Part shown: piece after piece, positions 35,552 through 52,581 of the stretch | Layout: the number at the start of each line of letters is the position of its first letter | Position numbering within the stretch: position 1 is the stretch's first letter | Source: Aotus nancymaae | Lineage: Eukaryota | Assembly (NCBI RefSeq): GCF_030222135.1 | Contig: NW_026988463.1 | Location: forward strand, 27,176,907 to 27,240,906 | DNA length: 64,000 nucleotides | Direction: 5' to 3' | The notes under the pieces: model-generated | The model's input: only the letters and a program-made list of their open reading frames with translations | Told to the model about the DNA's origin: nothing | The model's database searches: none | Program-made: the position numbers and the translations under genes

Positions 35552-35845
<294 letters not shown>

Positions 35846-36556
35846 GAAAGAAAAAAGTTTCAGCAAAATCAACTTTAAAATCTTATATATCTGATATCTA
35901 TTCTTGCCACAATTTATGTAGATAACCATGCCAAATATAATAAGACTAAGATTTTTCTTGCAAGCAAATTGGTTCTGCTATTACTTATACTTAGTAGAAA
36001 TGGAGAAACTGGAGAGAGAAAAATTTAGATTCTAGACCTGACCATTGTTTTTGAGTTTTTATTATTTGAATACAATTTGGACTAATCCTGAATTATTTCC
36101 CAGCTGTAACAAGTCTCTAAAGAAGATCTGGGCTTTAATTTTCTTCATGATGCTTTTAGCTGTCTCCCTCATAGGATGAATTCTTATTTGGAGGTGTTGT
36201 TTTGGCATTAAAATTCTCTTTTGATTGTAATTCTTGTGTGCACTCTATTTCTGCTATTTAAATTATTAATGTTGTATATCTCTTGTTGTTTTACTTTTGA
36301 GTGGTATTTCAAAGACTAGAGATGATTCAACAGAGCCTGTGAATTTGCCTCCTTTGGGTTCAATTCCACTGGGCCCAATCTGCTTTCCATCACCAGCTCA
36401 CTGCTGCTAAAGCTATGCTGTATCATGCGTCCTTCCTAAAGGCTCAGGGACCATCATGGAAGAGGAGGGCCCTGAGATTATAAGAGCCGGATTGTAGGGT
36501 GGAGTGTGGAGGCAAAAGCAACTCCATCTTGGATGCTAATCTGCCATGTTAGTTAG

Positions 36557-36770
36557 GTTTTTTTTTTTTTGAGACAGAGTCTCACTCTGTTGCTCAGGCT
36601 AGAGGGCAGTGGTGCGATCTCAGCTCACTGCAACCTCCATCTCCCAGGTTCAAGCAAGTCTACTGCCTCAGCCTCCTGAGTAGCTGGGATTCCAGGCACG
36701 CACTACCATACCTGGCTAATTTTTGTATTTTTAGTAGAGACAGGGTTTTACCATGTTAGCCAAGCTGGTC
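36557..36770 (-). mobile_element. Alu SINE (truncated by adjacent insertion)
   Basis: T-run gagacagagtctcactctgttgctcaggctagagggcagtggtgc ... gggttttaccatgttagccaagctggtc. Confidence 0.85.
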
Positions 36771-37065
<295 letters not shown>

Positions 37066-37539
37066 CTGCCATGTTAGTTTTTGATCAACCTGTTTCAGGA
37101 AGGCCTGTAAGATTTCAGGTTTATCCTTCGTTCCCCGTGTAAGAGCAGGTACTTGCTGTAAATCCTGCCCTTGGGTCAAATGACCTTCATGTTGTCCTAC
37201 TTTAAGCACCCTGCACATCCCTCCCGAACCGCCCCTACCCTACAGTCGCTAAGCCCTGAGTTTGCAGGGTAATGGTGCAGGCATCCACCTTCTTGTCTCA
37301 ATGCTGCCCAAGGCACAGAGAATTTATAAGTTCCTATTAAATGTTTCTAAGAAACTAGGTTTGTCAATCTCTTTCTGCAGCATCTCAGGTTCCCTGGGCT
37401 TAAGGGGTACGTTTGCATAAAGCCTAGGAGTGTGTGACTTAACCCTTCCTGGCATGGCCTTAAGTCTGGTTTATAATTTGGCATCTTATTGCCACATAGA
37501 GTTCATGCCATCAGTCTTATGATCTATGTTTTTTAATTT

Positions 37540-37822
37540 TAATTTTTATTTTTTTGAGACAGTGTCCTACTCTGTTGCCCAGGCTGGTGTACGGTGGCAC
37601 GATCTCAGCTCACTGCAGCCTCTGCCTCTCAGGTTCAAGTGATTCTCATGCCTCAGCCTTCCTGATAGCTGGGATTACAGGCACGTGCCACCACGCCTGG
37701 CTAATTTTTTATATTTTAGTAGTGACAGGATTTCACCTTGTTGCCCAGGCTGATCTCGAACTCCTGATCTCAGACAAGTCTCCCACCTCGGCCTCTCAAA
37801 GTGCTAGGATTACAGGCATGAT
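37540..37822 (-). mobile_element. Alu SINE
   Basis: tttttttgagacagtgtcctactctgttgcccaggctggtgtacggtggc ... gtgctaggattacaggcatga. Confidence 0.85.
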
Positions 37823-38596
37823 GATCTGTATTTTAACAAAGGGATGAATTCCCCATCTATCCAAGCGTTTAGAATCAGCCATATCTAGTGCACAACTACG
37901 CTGGGTACGCAGCTGTCAAAGTGGGAAGGAGGTGAGGTCCTTCCACCAGGATGCACCTATTCTTGCTTTGTGTCAGGAAGAATTCATCTAAAAATATGAG
38001 CAGATTTGGTTTCCTTCCTAAAGCACACAGGTTCAGGCAGTCATCTGCTCTCACGCATGAGGTGTTTTGCAAATGCGTCAAGACAGAGGCGGTGTGGCAT
38101 GCTGGTAAAGAGCACAGACTCTGGAGCCAGGCTGTGCTGGAATCCAGTCTAGTACCTTGGTCACGTTATTTTACTTCTCTGTGCTTCTGTAAAGCAGGTG
38201 ATAGCTGTAATGACCCCTCCGTGTGGCTGTGAGAACGAAACGGCAGTGCATGGTGCGTGCCTGGGAAGTGTTCTCTGGGCATCCGGAGCACACAGGTGAA
38301 ACAGCACAGCCTAGTGCGCTAGGAAGTAGCGCAAGCCGTGGAGCTGGGAAGATCACCAAAGGCCTCGTTACTTCTCATATTTTAGGTAATGATGTATTCC
38401 TGGCCTTCCATATGTCGACTTCCATTTTGTTCTTTTCCTTCCCAGTTGAATGCTCGACAGGGCAACCGAAGCTGAAGCCAGAATCACTGATTTCCTCTGT
38501 GATATTGGCTTTGTCCACTGTGCTTCTCAAGTTTGCCCCAATTGCACCAAGTTTGGGAGATTTATATCTTTTCTATCACCACTTTGTTCATGTCCA

Positions 38597-39087
<491 letters not shown>

Positions 39088-39487
39088 TAAGGACACAGGC
39101 AAAGACAGCTTCAGCTTCGAGCAATCAAAAGCTCTTGCTGAGGACACTAGGAAGATGGAAATGAAGTAAATGTTTTCTGCCCTGGAGAGGCTCACAGCCT
39201 CTGAGGGACAAGCATCAAGGAAGATTTCTTTGCAGTTCAGTAAGTACAACGGGGCCATTCCCGACACAGTCGAGCAGAAAGGAGGGATGGGGACCCTGCC
39301 TGTGGCCAGGGAAGTGTGGTCGCCGATGCCAGAATTGCAGAGTGAAAAGATTTCAGCCTTTGAGATCAGAGTGTAGTGAGTTCTTATAATTTTATGTTGC
39401 CTCGGCAACTATCTTGAATATAATTTGAGCTTTCTCATAATGGAAGGAGCCTGTTATGGACTGGGGTCTAGTTACCCTTGCCAGTTT

Positions 39488-39781
<294 letters not shown>

Positions 39782-40017
39782 ACCCTTGCCAGTTTCAAGC
39801 GCTCCAGCTCCTCCCCATGCCTCATGGTGATCCATCCAATAGCTATCTACCTATCTCCCTTCTATAACTACCTCCTGGTAACCACCTGCCTACGGGACAG
39901 ACGCAACCTGTTTGCCTCCCCCCACTGACCACCCCCTGCCTCTGCATGGATGCCACAGTGCCCACCTCTCCGTCCCAGTGTGTCTCCTGGAACTCATGTC
40001 TGCTTTTATTTATATAT

Positions 40018-40144
40018 TTTTTTATTTAGAGACGGAATCTCACTATGTTGCCCAGGCTAGTCCGGAACTCGTGGGCTCAAGTGATCCTCCCACCTCAGCC
40101 TCCCAAAGTGCTGGAATTACAGGTGTGAGTCACTGCTCCTAGCC
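40018..40144 (-). mobile_element. Alu monomer fragment
   Basis: tttatttagagacggaatctcactatgttgcccaggctagtccggaactcgtgggctcaagtgatcctcccacctcagcctcccaaagtgctggaattacaggtgtgagtcactgctcctagcc. Confidence 0.8.
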
Positions 40145-40181
40145 CCTGCTTGCTTTAACCCACTGGCCAGAACCTCCTGCA

Positions 40182-40590
40182 GGACTGGGCACTGTGGCTT
40201 ATGCCTATAATCCCACCACTTTGGAAGGCTGAGGTGAGAGGATTGCTTGAGCCCAGGAGTTCCAGCATTTTGGGAGGCTGAGGTGGGAGGATTGTTTAAA
40301 CCCAGGAGTTCTAGCATTCTGAGAGGCTGAGGTGGGTGGATTGCTGGAGACTAGGAGTTCCAGACCACCCTGGGAAACATAGTGAGACCCCATCTCTACA
40401 AAAAGTAAGAAAATTAGCTGGGCCTGGTGGTACACGCTAGTCTCTGCTATTCGAGGGCTAAGATGGGAGGATCACTGGAGCCTGGAAGTTCGAGGCTGCA
40501 GTGAGCTATGATCAAACCACCGTGCTCCAGGCTGGGTGACAGAGGGAGGCCCTGTCTCAAAATAATAACAATAATAATAATAATAATAAA
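40182..40590 (+). mobile_element. Alu SINE carrying an internal 3x tandem array of a 49-bp unit (40222–40368) and an (ATA)n tail
   Basis: Units: tggaaggctgaggtgagaggattgcttgagcccaggagttccagcattt / tgggaggctgaggtgggaggattgtttaaacccaggagttctagcattc / tgagaggctgaggtgggtggattgctggagactaggagttccagaccaccctgg. Tail: aataataacaataataataataataataaa. Confidence 0.9.
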
Positions 40591-40655
40591 GTAGAACTCT
40601 CTGTGGGAAACCTGCCTGGGGAATATCCTGGACTCAGTAAAGGCTTTGGCCTTTG

Positions 40656-41049
<394 letters not shown>

Positions 41050-41516
41050 TCAAGAGGAAAGGATCAGGGCAGCTGGGGCTGCAGACCCTGGAGGCTCACC
41101 ACCCCGGGGACAGGACAAAAGGGAGGCGGTTGCATAGATCCAAGGTAGAAGACGGATGGGTAGGGCGTGGCAGACAGACCAGGCTGGCAAAAGTGGTGGA
41201 CAAAGTCGATATCACAGAGGAAACCAAGTAAGGTTGGGGCAGGTGAGGAGTCTGAGATGGACTCCAGGGTGCAGGCTCCAGTGCCGTCAGGTGGGCCAGC
41301 AGGTGGAGTGGGAGAAAGGAGAGGCTTGGTGCCTAGGGAACGTGATGGCCAAGGTAGAGCAAGCCTGCATGGACCAGGTTTCAAGTGGGTCCATGAAGTG
41401 GAGGGCAGGTCCCTTGGTGGTCTTTCAGAGATGACGAGCATTGCTGGGTCAACGTGGGAGGGAACAAACAGTTGCATGCCCACTTCATGAAGTGATTTAT
41501 CTAAACTAGTATTATT

Positions 41517-41852
<336 letters not shown>

Positions 41853-42254
41853 TCACACTGGGAATTAGTGAAAAATAGAAATTCAGACACAAGTAGGTTG
41901 CTAAGAGTCTCACAGTAAACAGGGAAGCTCAGATTTAATCTTAGGGCTAACTGGCTGTAAAGCCCAGCTTGTTCCACCCTGGATTTCCTCCAGAGAGGCG
42001 GCACTTGGAACCTTTCTAACTCATTCCCATCATTTTTCTCAGCTCTCAAGTTTGGAATCTTGACAGCCAAGGACAAGAGAGACCTGGCCAGCCCGGGGCA
42101 GTGACAGAACTGTCCTGAGCTCAGCTCTGATTTTGTTCCCTGTTGGCAGCAAGAAGGCTCTGAGTGAGACTGGAACTTTTAGCTGAGGGATGAGGGTGAT
42201 GGGAAGAACAGCTGGAAGCCCTGGACCCTCTTCTTGAAGATTTAAATGTCTCAC

Positions 42255-42554
42255 GGGGCCAGGTGCAGTGGCTCAAGTCTGTAATCCCAGCACTTTGGGA
42301 GGCTGAGGTGAGTGGATCACCTGAGATCAGGAGTTCAAGACCAGCCTGACCAACACAGTGAAACCCGTCTCTACTACAAATACAAAAAATTAGCTGGGCG
42401 TGGTCGTGGGCGCCTGTAATCCCAGCTACTTAGAACGGTGAAGCAGGAGAATCACTTGAACCTGGGAATCGGAGGTTGCAGTGAGCCTACATCATGACAT
42501 TGCACTCCAGCCTGGGCAACAGAGTGAGACTCTGTCTCAAAAAAAAAAAAAAAG
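42255..42554 (+). mobile_element. Alu SINE
   Basis: ggggccaggtgcagtggctcaagtctgtaatcccagcactttgggaggctgaggtgag ... ctgtctcaaaaaaaaaaaaaag. Confidence 0.9.
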
Positions 42555-42641
42555 TCTCATGGGATTGACATACTTAATAAGTAATTCATTCAGTGGATGG
42601 AGGACTTTGGAGATGGTTGGATCTGGGTTCAGATTCTGCTC

Positions 42642-42808
42642 TGGCCAGGCACAGTGGCTCATGCCTGCAATTCCAGCACTTTGGGAGTCTGAAGTGGGAG
42701 GATCACTTGAGCCTAGGAGGTTGAGGCTGCAGTGACCTGAGATCATGCCACTGCACTCTGGCCTGGGTGACAGAGCAAGACCTTGTCCCTAAAAAGTAAA
42801 ACAAAAAA
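42642..42808 (+). mobile_element. Alu with a central deletion (copy 1 of a tandem pair)
   Basis: ctggccaggcacagtggctcatgcctgcaattccagcactttgggagtctgaagtgggaggatcacttgagcctaggaggttgaggctgcagtgacctgagatcatgccactgcactctggcctgggtgacagagcaagacc. Confidence 0.85.
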
Positions 42809-42810
42809 GT

Positions 42811-42990
42811 AGTCTAGTGTGGTAGTTCACACCTGTAATCTCAGTACTTCGGGAGGCTGAGGTGGGAGGATCACTTGAGCACAGGAGGACGAGGCTTCAA
42901 TGAGCTGAGATCACGCCACTGCACTCTGGTCTGGGTGGCAGAGCAAGATCTTGTCCTAAAAAATAAAAACAAAACAAACAAACAAACAAA
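42811..42990 (+). mobile_element. Alu with the same central deletion (copy 2 of the tandem pair)
   Basis: tagtctagtgtggtagttcacacctgtaatctcagtacttcgggaggctgaggtgggaggatcacttgagcacaggaggacgaggcttcaatgagctgagatcacgccactgcactctggtctgggtggcagagcaagatc. Confidence 0.85.
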
Positions 42991-42991
42991 G

Positions 42992-43297
<306 letters not shown>

Positions 43298-43467
43298 TTA
43301 ATTTACAAAAAGAAAGAAAGGAACAAATGACCCAGAATTCTGGTAACACAGGAGGAGATGTTTTGGCTTCAGCGGCATGGGTGGCACGAGTGTGGCAGGG
43401 AGAGAGCCAGACGCAGTCTCCTGGAGGACCTGCGGGACCTGTACCTCCCCCATGCCTGCTGTTGCTG

Positions 43468-43758
43468 CTTTTTCTTTTTTTTTTTTTGAGACGGAGTCTC
43501 ACCCTGTTGCTCAGGCTGGAGTGCAGTGGCGCGATGCAACCTCTGCCTCCTGGGTTCAAGTGATTCTCCTGCCTCAGCCTCCCAAGCAGCTGGGACTACA
43601 GGTGCATGCCACCATGCCCAACTAATTTTTTGTATTTTTGGTAGAGAACGGGGTTTCACTGTGTTAGCCAGGATGGTCTCGATCTCCTGGCCTTGTTATC
43701 CACCCGCCTCAGCCTCTCAAAGTGCTGGGATTACAGGCGCCAGTCACTGCGCCCGGCC
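43468..43758 (-). mobile_element. Alu SINE
   Basis: T-run gagacggagtctcaccctgttgctcaggctggagtgcagtggcgc ... gggattacaggcgccagtcactgcgcccggcc. Confidence 0.9.
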
Positions 43759-43762
43759 TCTC

Positions 43763-44084
<322 letters not shown>

Positions 44085-44214
44085 TGATCTCCAGGCTTTG
44101 CCCAGTGGCCCGGTTTGTGGTGGTGCTTAACAGTGTGGATGAGGGAGGTGTGAAAACTGTCACTGCTGTAGAAGTGTGAGTTCCGAGGAGAAAGTAAGAA
44201 GTGGATGAACTTAG

Positions 44215-44600
44215 TAGTTGTAAATTGGGCCACCCACAGTTCCTCAAAAAGTTAAACATAGACTTACCATATGACCCAGCATTCTACTCCTGGGTATATA
44301 CCCAAGATAAACTGAAAATACATGTCCACACAAAAAGTACATGAATTTTCATAGCAGCATTACTCATAACAGCCAAAGAGTGGAAACAACCCATATATCC
44401 ATCAGCCGATGAATAAACAAAACGCAATCCATCCATGCCATGAAGAAGAGCCATGCAGTAGCATGGGTGAATCTTGAAGCATCAGGCCACCTGAACCAAG
44501 CCAGGCACAAAGGATTACAGGCACGATTCTACTCATGTGAAATGTCTAGAATAGATACAACTAGAGACACAGCAAGTAGACGGGTATTTGCCAGGAGCCG
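44215..44600 (+). mobile_element. LINE-1 3'-region fragment
   Basis: aaagttaaacatagacttaccatatgacccagcattctactcctgggtatatacccaagataaactgaaaatacatgtccacacaaaaagtacatgaattttcatagcagcattactcataacagccaaagagtggaaacaacccatatatccatcagccgatgaataaacaaaacgcaatccatccatgccatgaagaag... matches the widespread L1 3'-end consensus from memory. Confidence 0.5.
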
Positions 44601-44631
44601 GGGGTAGGAGATCCTGATGTTGCTGCTGATT

Positions 44632-44927
<296 letters not shown>

Positions 44928-45391
44928 TTTGATGTTGCTGGCTCTAAGACCACACTCTGGATGGTGCCCAAGGTTCTACCCATCAACAATGTCCAACAGA
45001 ACTTTCTGGAATAAATGCAGGCAGGCAAGCAAGCCCCAGGCTTAGCCCAAGAGGGTTCTTGGCTTTGCCCAGAAAAGAATTCAGGGGTGAAATCTTCAGC
45101 AATCTTTTATTTAACTGGAGCTGCTCCTTGCTAAGGAAGGCTAACTCATAGGCAGGGTGCCCAGAGACAGGCTTGTGGGTTGGTGGCAACTGTATTTATA
45201 TTCACTTTCAATCACATGCAAATTAAGTGGCAGGTTAATGCAAATCAAAGGCAGTTTATTCAGAACTTTCTAGGAAAGGAGTGGTAACTTCTGGGTCACT
45301 GTATGGAAAAGGGCAATAGCCTCCAGGTCATTGCCATGGCATTTGTAAACCATCATGGCACTGGTGAGTGTCTTACGATAATGAGCAATGA

Positions 45392-45797
<406 letters not shown>

Positions 45798-45909
45798 AAC
45801 TTAATCTTTTCAATAGGAGTATTGTTAAAAATTTGGCAAACGTGTTTTAAAACCACCATATAGACTCAGGAAACAAGAGTGCCAAGGACAGAACTCCAAA
45901 ACTATTTTG

Positions 45910-46195
45910 GGTTTTTTTTTTTGAAACAGGGTCTTGCTCTGTTGCCCAGGCTGGAGTACACTGGTATGATCATAGCTCCCTGCAGCCTCAAACTCCTGGG
46001 CTCAAGTGATCCTCTGATCTCAGCCCCAACATAGCTGGGACTACAGGTGTGTGCCACTACATCTGGCTAACTTAAAAAAATATTTTGTAGGGTCTTGCTA
46101 TGTTAAGGCTGGTCTTTAACTCCTGGACTCAAGCAATCCTCCCATCCTGGCCTCCCGAGTAGCTGGGACTACAGGTACATGCCACCATGCCCAGT
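45910..46195 (-). mobile_element. Old Alu-like dimer (AluJ/FRAM/FLAM-type)
   Basis: tttgaaacagggtcttgctctgttgcccaggctggagtacactggtatgatcatagctccctgcagcctcaaactcctgggctcaagtgatcc ... gggactacaggtacatgccaccatgcccag. Confidence 0.75.
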
Positions 46196-46197
46196 TA

Positions 46198-46385
46198 ATA
46201 TTTTCTTTCTCTCTCTCTTTCTCTCTCTCTTTTTCTTTCTTTCTTTCTCTTCCATCCTTTATTTTCTTTCTTTTTCTTCTTTCCCTTTCTCTTTCTTTCT
46301 TTCTTTTCTTTCCCTCCCTTCCTTCCTTCTCTTTTCTTTTCTTCCCTTCTTCCCTCTTTCCTTCCTTCTTTCCTCCTTTCTTTCA
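46198..46385. repeat. Polypyrimidine simple repeat (CTTT/CTTC/CT)n, about 190 bp
   Basis: ttctttctctctctctttctctctctctttttctttctttctttctcttccatcctttattttctttctttttcttctttccctttctctttctttctttc... The plus strand is almost pure pyrimidine. Confidence 0.95.
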
Positions 46386-46387
46386 AG

Positions 46388-46540
46388 AGGGTCTCGTGTT
46401 CATGCCCAGGCTGGAGTACAGTGGCATGATCATAGCTCACTGTAGCCTCAAACTCCTGAGCCCAAGGGATTCTCCCACCCTCAAGGGATTCTCCTGAGTA
46501 GCTGGGATTATAGGCACATACCACCACACTCAGGTAATTT
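46388..46540 (-). mobile_element. Alu monomer fragment
   Basis: gggtctcgtgttcatgcccaggctggagtacagtggcatgatcatagctcactgtagcctcaaactcctgagcccaagggattctcc ... gggattataggcacataccaccacactcagg. Confidence 0.8.
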
Positions 46541-46832
46541 TTTTTTTTTTTTAGACAGACTCTTGCTCTGTCACCCAGGCTGAAGTACGATGGCATGCTC
46601 TAGGCTCACTGCAACCTCTGCCTCCTGGGTTCAAGTGATTCTCCTGCCTCAGCCTTCTGAGTAACTGGGATTGCAGGTGCACTCCACCACGCCTGGCTAA
46701 TTTTTGTATTTTTGGTAGAGATGGGGTTTCACCATGTTGGTCAGGCTGGTCTCAAACTCCTAACCTCATGATCAGCCTGCCTCAGCCTCCCAAAGTGCTG
46801 GGATTACAGGCTTCAGCCACCACACCCAGCAA
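46541..46832 (-). mobile_element. Alu SINE
   Basis: tttttttttttttagacagactcttgctctgtcacccaggctgaagtacgatggc ... gggattacaggcttcagccaccacacccagc. Confidence 0.9.
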
Positions 46833-46844
46833 TTTAAAAAAATT

Positions 46845-46968
46845 ATTTTGGTAGAGATGGGGTCTCACTATGTTGCCCAGGCTGGTCTCAAACTCCTGGC
46901 CTCAAGTGATCCTCCTACCTCAATCTCCCAAACTGCTGGGATTACAGGTGTGGGCCACTGCGCCTGGC
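46845..46968 (-). mobile_element. Alu monomer fragment
   Basis: ggtagagatggggtctcactatgttgcccaggctggtctcaaactcctggcctcaagtgatcctcctacctcaatctcccaaactgctgggattacaggtgtgggccactgcgcctggc. Confidence 0.8.
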
Positions 46969-47844
46969 ATTGTTGTTGATCTTTGTTCCTTTACCTCACT
47001 GAATACATACATTGTTTACTATGACATATGTATCCCCATTGCACTATTTGCAAATAAACATCATTTCCTTTTAAAGAGCCTCTGTTATTAGGTAGACATA
47101 CATGATATATCTATATATAGAAATGGTACCTAACAGATCACTAACAGAAGGAATCAATGACTCTTGGAACTGGCATGCAGCACTCACTGAAGGCTGTGAG
47201 CTCTCTGCTTCCACGGCTGGCCTGTTCCACCCTGCTAAGTCTTCTCTGAGGCCAAGCCTCCCTCTTTTTGATAGAAGCTCTTAACTTTATTTGGAATCTG
47301 ATTTGGATAAGGCTGCCTTAATAAAAGAATATATGCTGAGAGCAAATTCTGATGTGTGTGATGAATTATATTATATTGTTTGCTGAGAGCAGTGGCAAGG
47401 AAAACCAAGCCCCCACCCCAAAAGCAGAAAACTGCTCAAGGCATCCTAAAACAGTAAATAATATGTATACATCTCACACCAGATGAACTAGTTCTTTGAA
47501 CACAGGGTATGTGACTCTGCCTCCATTGTTCCCTCGTAAACTATGCTTTCTAGTTTATCTTTAACCTATGGTGAACATACACTAGCTGCCTGATTAGTTT
47601 ATCTTTAACCTATGAAAGAACACAGAGCATCTGCTTGTTAAACTTGTCACTGGAATGTAAAGAATAAATATGTGGATCGGTCTGCTCTGGCTCTCAGCTG
47701 GGAATGCTGTGAGCCCCCTGAGCCCACCTTTGCTTTCTATCTCTGTGTCTGTTTTTTAATTCCTACAGTGCCACATAGGTTGGGGTCTCCATGACCAAGT
47801 TGGTCTCAAAAAATAGACATCTCTCTTGGGATGATAAAAGACTT

Positions 47845-48134
47845 TTTTTTGAGACAGAGTCTCACTCTATTGCCCAGGCCCAAATGAAGTGATGTGATTG
47901 TAGCTCACTGCAGCCTCAAACTCCTGGGCTCAAGTGATCCTCCTGCCTCAGACTCCTATGTAGCTGGGACTACGTGTGTGTGCCACCACACTTGGACAAT
48001 ATTTTTTATTATTTTTGTGGAGATGGGGTCTTGCTGTGTTGCCCAGGCTGGTCTTGAACTCATAAGCTCAAATAATTCTCCTGCCTCAGCCTCCCAAAGT
48101 ATTGGGATTATAGGCATAAGCCACGCCACCCAGC
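47845..48134 (-). mobile_element. Alu SINE (AluJ-type, diverged)
   Basis: ttttttttgagacagagtctcactctattgcccaggcccaaatgaagtgatgtgattgtagctcactgcagcc ... gggattataggcataagccacgccacccagc. Confidence 0.85.
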
Positions 48135-48234
48135 TGATAAATGACTTTTTGTCTTTTCTGATAAATCCTTTCTCATGTACAGACAGGTGTCTTTTGGGTT
48201 GAGTACTCTGATCTTTACAGAATTTACATTCTGG

Positions 48235-48531
<297 letters not shown>

Positions 48532-48837
48532 TTACATTCTGTTTGTGAGGGATATCTTCTAGTAAATTTACATTTGCTTTGGTCTACCTGCCCAGTTTGG
48601 GTTAAAATTTTTGTGAATACTGTTACCTTGGTTTTTTTGGATTTCATTTGACTCTTTTCTTGTTTCTAAGAATCTCCCAAGAGCAAAATAAACATTCCAA
48701 CCAGTGGGTGCAGGATGACTGACATAAGCCACTAAGATGGTTGCTGCCGTCTAAAACACCAGACTAAACTCCTAACATCCCTTTACAGCATTTATAGGGT
48801 TGTCTTTGCTCTCAAGAGATTAATACAAAATGGAATG

Positions 48838-49142
48838 AGGCTGGCGCAGTGGCTCACACCTGTAATCCCAGCACTTTGGGAGGCCGAGACGGGTAGATCA
48901 CATGAGGACAGAAGTTCAAGACAGCCTGGCCAATGTGGTGAAAATCCGTCTCTACTAAAAATACCAAAAAATTTTTAGCTGGATGTGGTGGCAGCCACCT
49001 GTAATCTCAGCTACTTGGGAGGCTGAGGCAGAAGAATCACTTGAATCCTGGAGGCAGAGGTTGCAGTGAGCTGAGATCACACCACTCATTGCACTCTAAC
49101 CCTGGCGACAGAGCAAAACACTGTCTCAAAAAAAAAAAAAAA
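48838..49142 (+). mobile_element. Alu SINE
   Basis: gaggctggcgcagtggctcacacctgtaatcccagcactttgggaggccgagacggg ... ctgtctcaaaaaaaaaaaaaaag. Confidence 0.9.
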
Positions 49143-49199
49143 GATAAATAAAGAAATGGAATGGGGATTCTAAACATGAAAGCATGCCAGGGTTTCCTT

Positions 49200-49840
<641 letters not shown>

Positions 49841-50144
49841 CCTATGGCTCATTCTTGTGCACATTTTAAAACTGATGAGCAAAACTACATCAAGGAAAAT
49901 TCGGAGCTCAAATGGTCATTATTCATAAAACCTGCAACTATAGAGTTAACATGGAGAGCCTTCTAAGTTCTCTATCTCTCTCTCCTCTTTTTTTTTTTTT
50001 TTTGTCTGCCTGCTTTGAATCTGCTAACTTTCCCCCTAGTCTTGAGATAAAACTAACTGCTTATGGCATTCAAGCCAAGATTAAATAAAAGTCTTGAAGG
50101 GCTTTCAAATTACAACTCCATGGTAACTAACAACCTAGAGAAAT

Positions 50145-50292
50145 TTTTTTTTTTTTTTTAAGATGGTATCTTGCTGTGTTGCACAGGCTGGAGTGCAGTG
50201 GCATGGTTGTAGCTCACTGTGACCTCAAATTCCTGGGCTCAAGCAATCCTGTTTCCTCAGCCTCCTGAGTAGCTAGTACTAACAGGTGCACG
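50145..50292 (-). mobile_element. Alu monomer (FLAM-like)
   Basis: T-run aagatggtatcttgctgtgttgcacaggctggagtgcagtggcatggttgtagctcactgtgacctcaaattcctgggctcaagcaatcc. Confidence 0.8.
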
Positions 50293-50398
50293 ATATTCAG
50301 ACCAGCTAGCCCTTTTTTAAAAACACAAATCTAGGTTTGCCTAACAATTGCTTACAGTGATGAGACACTTAATTGAAAAATTAATAATCTAAAGAAAA

Positions 50399-51375
<977 letters not shown>

Positions 51376-51702
51376 TCAGATCAAACAGGTGGAAACCTTG
51401 AGCCAGGGCAATGATGTAAGATATCTCTGTCCAGCACAAAAATGTTGACTTTTTCTGCCACACAGAGGCCAAAAAGCAAAAACAAAAACAAAATAAAACA
51501 AAACACCTGCTAAAATTCTTTCTTGCCCACATTTGCTAATCAAACCAGACCAGTAAACAAAAGGTAGATGCATTACTAGTTCCAGGGTACTCAGAGATTT
51601 TGTTTATCTTATATAATTTGGCCAATCCTGGCTAAAACGTAAACAATGGAAAATGTAACCCTAGACTCATTTGAAACTGAGAAAAACAATTTTTTTTAAA
51701 AT

Positions 51703-52172
<470 letters not shown>

Positions 52173-52189
52173 CAATTTTTTAATTTTTT

Positions 52190-52420
52190 GTCCAGGTGAG
52201 GTCTCACTTTGTTACCCAGAATTGTCTTGAGCTTATGGGTTTAAGCAATCCTCCCACATTGGCCTCCCAAAGTGGCCTGTGCCTGTAGTCCCAGTGACTA
52301 AAGAGGCTGAGGTGAGATGATCACTTGAGCCCAGGAGTTTGAGGGCACAGTGAGCTATGATTGTGCCACAGCACTCTAGCCTGGGTGACTGGGTAAGATG
52401 CCCTCTGTCTGTTAAAAAAG
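52190..52420. mobile_element. Composite Alu fragments (minus fragment 52190–52270 followed by plus right monomer 52275–52420)
   Basis: gtccaggtgaggtctcactttgttacccagaattgtcttgagcttatgggtttaagcaatcctcccacattggcctcccaaagtg | gcctgtgcctgtagtcccagtgactaaagaggctgaggtgag ... cactctagcctgggtgactgggtaagatgccc. Confidence 0.7.
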
Positions 52421-52441
52421 AAAAAATATATAAATATAAAT

Positions 52442-52447
<6 letters not shown>

Positions 52448-52476
<29 letters not shown>
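52448..52476. repeat. (GT)n microsatellite followed by a (GA)n-rich run
   Basis: ctctgtgtgtgtgtgtgtgtgtgtgtgtgtagagagaaagagagaaag. Confidence 0.95.
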
Positions 52477-52477
<1 letters not shown>

Positions 52478-52581
52478 AGAAAGAGAGAAAGTAATTAATC
52501 CAAATGTCTTTTACTTCCTCTGACTTCAGTAAATCTTTAATCTTTAATAAATAAGCTGGTTTTAAAAGTATTGGTAAAATA

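Noticed and set aside
46195-46596. 133-aa minus-strand ORF rich in ERKE/KKRK
   Set aside because: Translation of the (CTTT)n polypyrimidine tract complement; an artefact.
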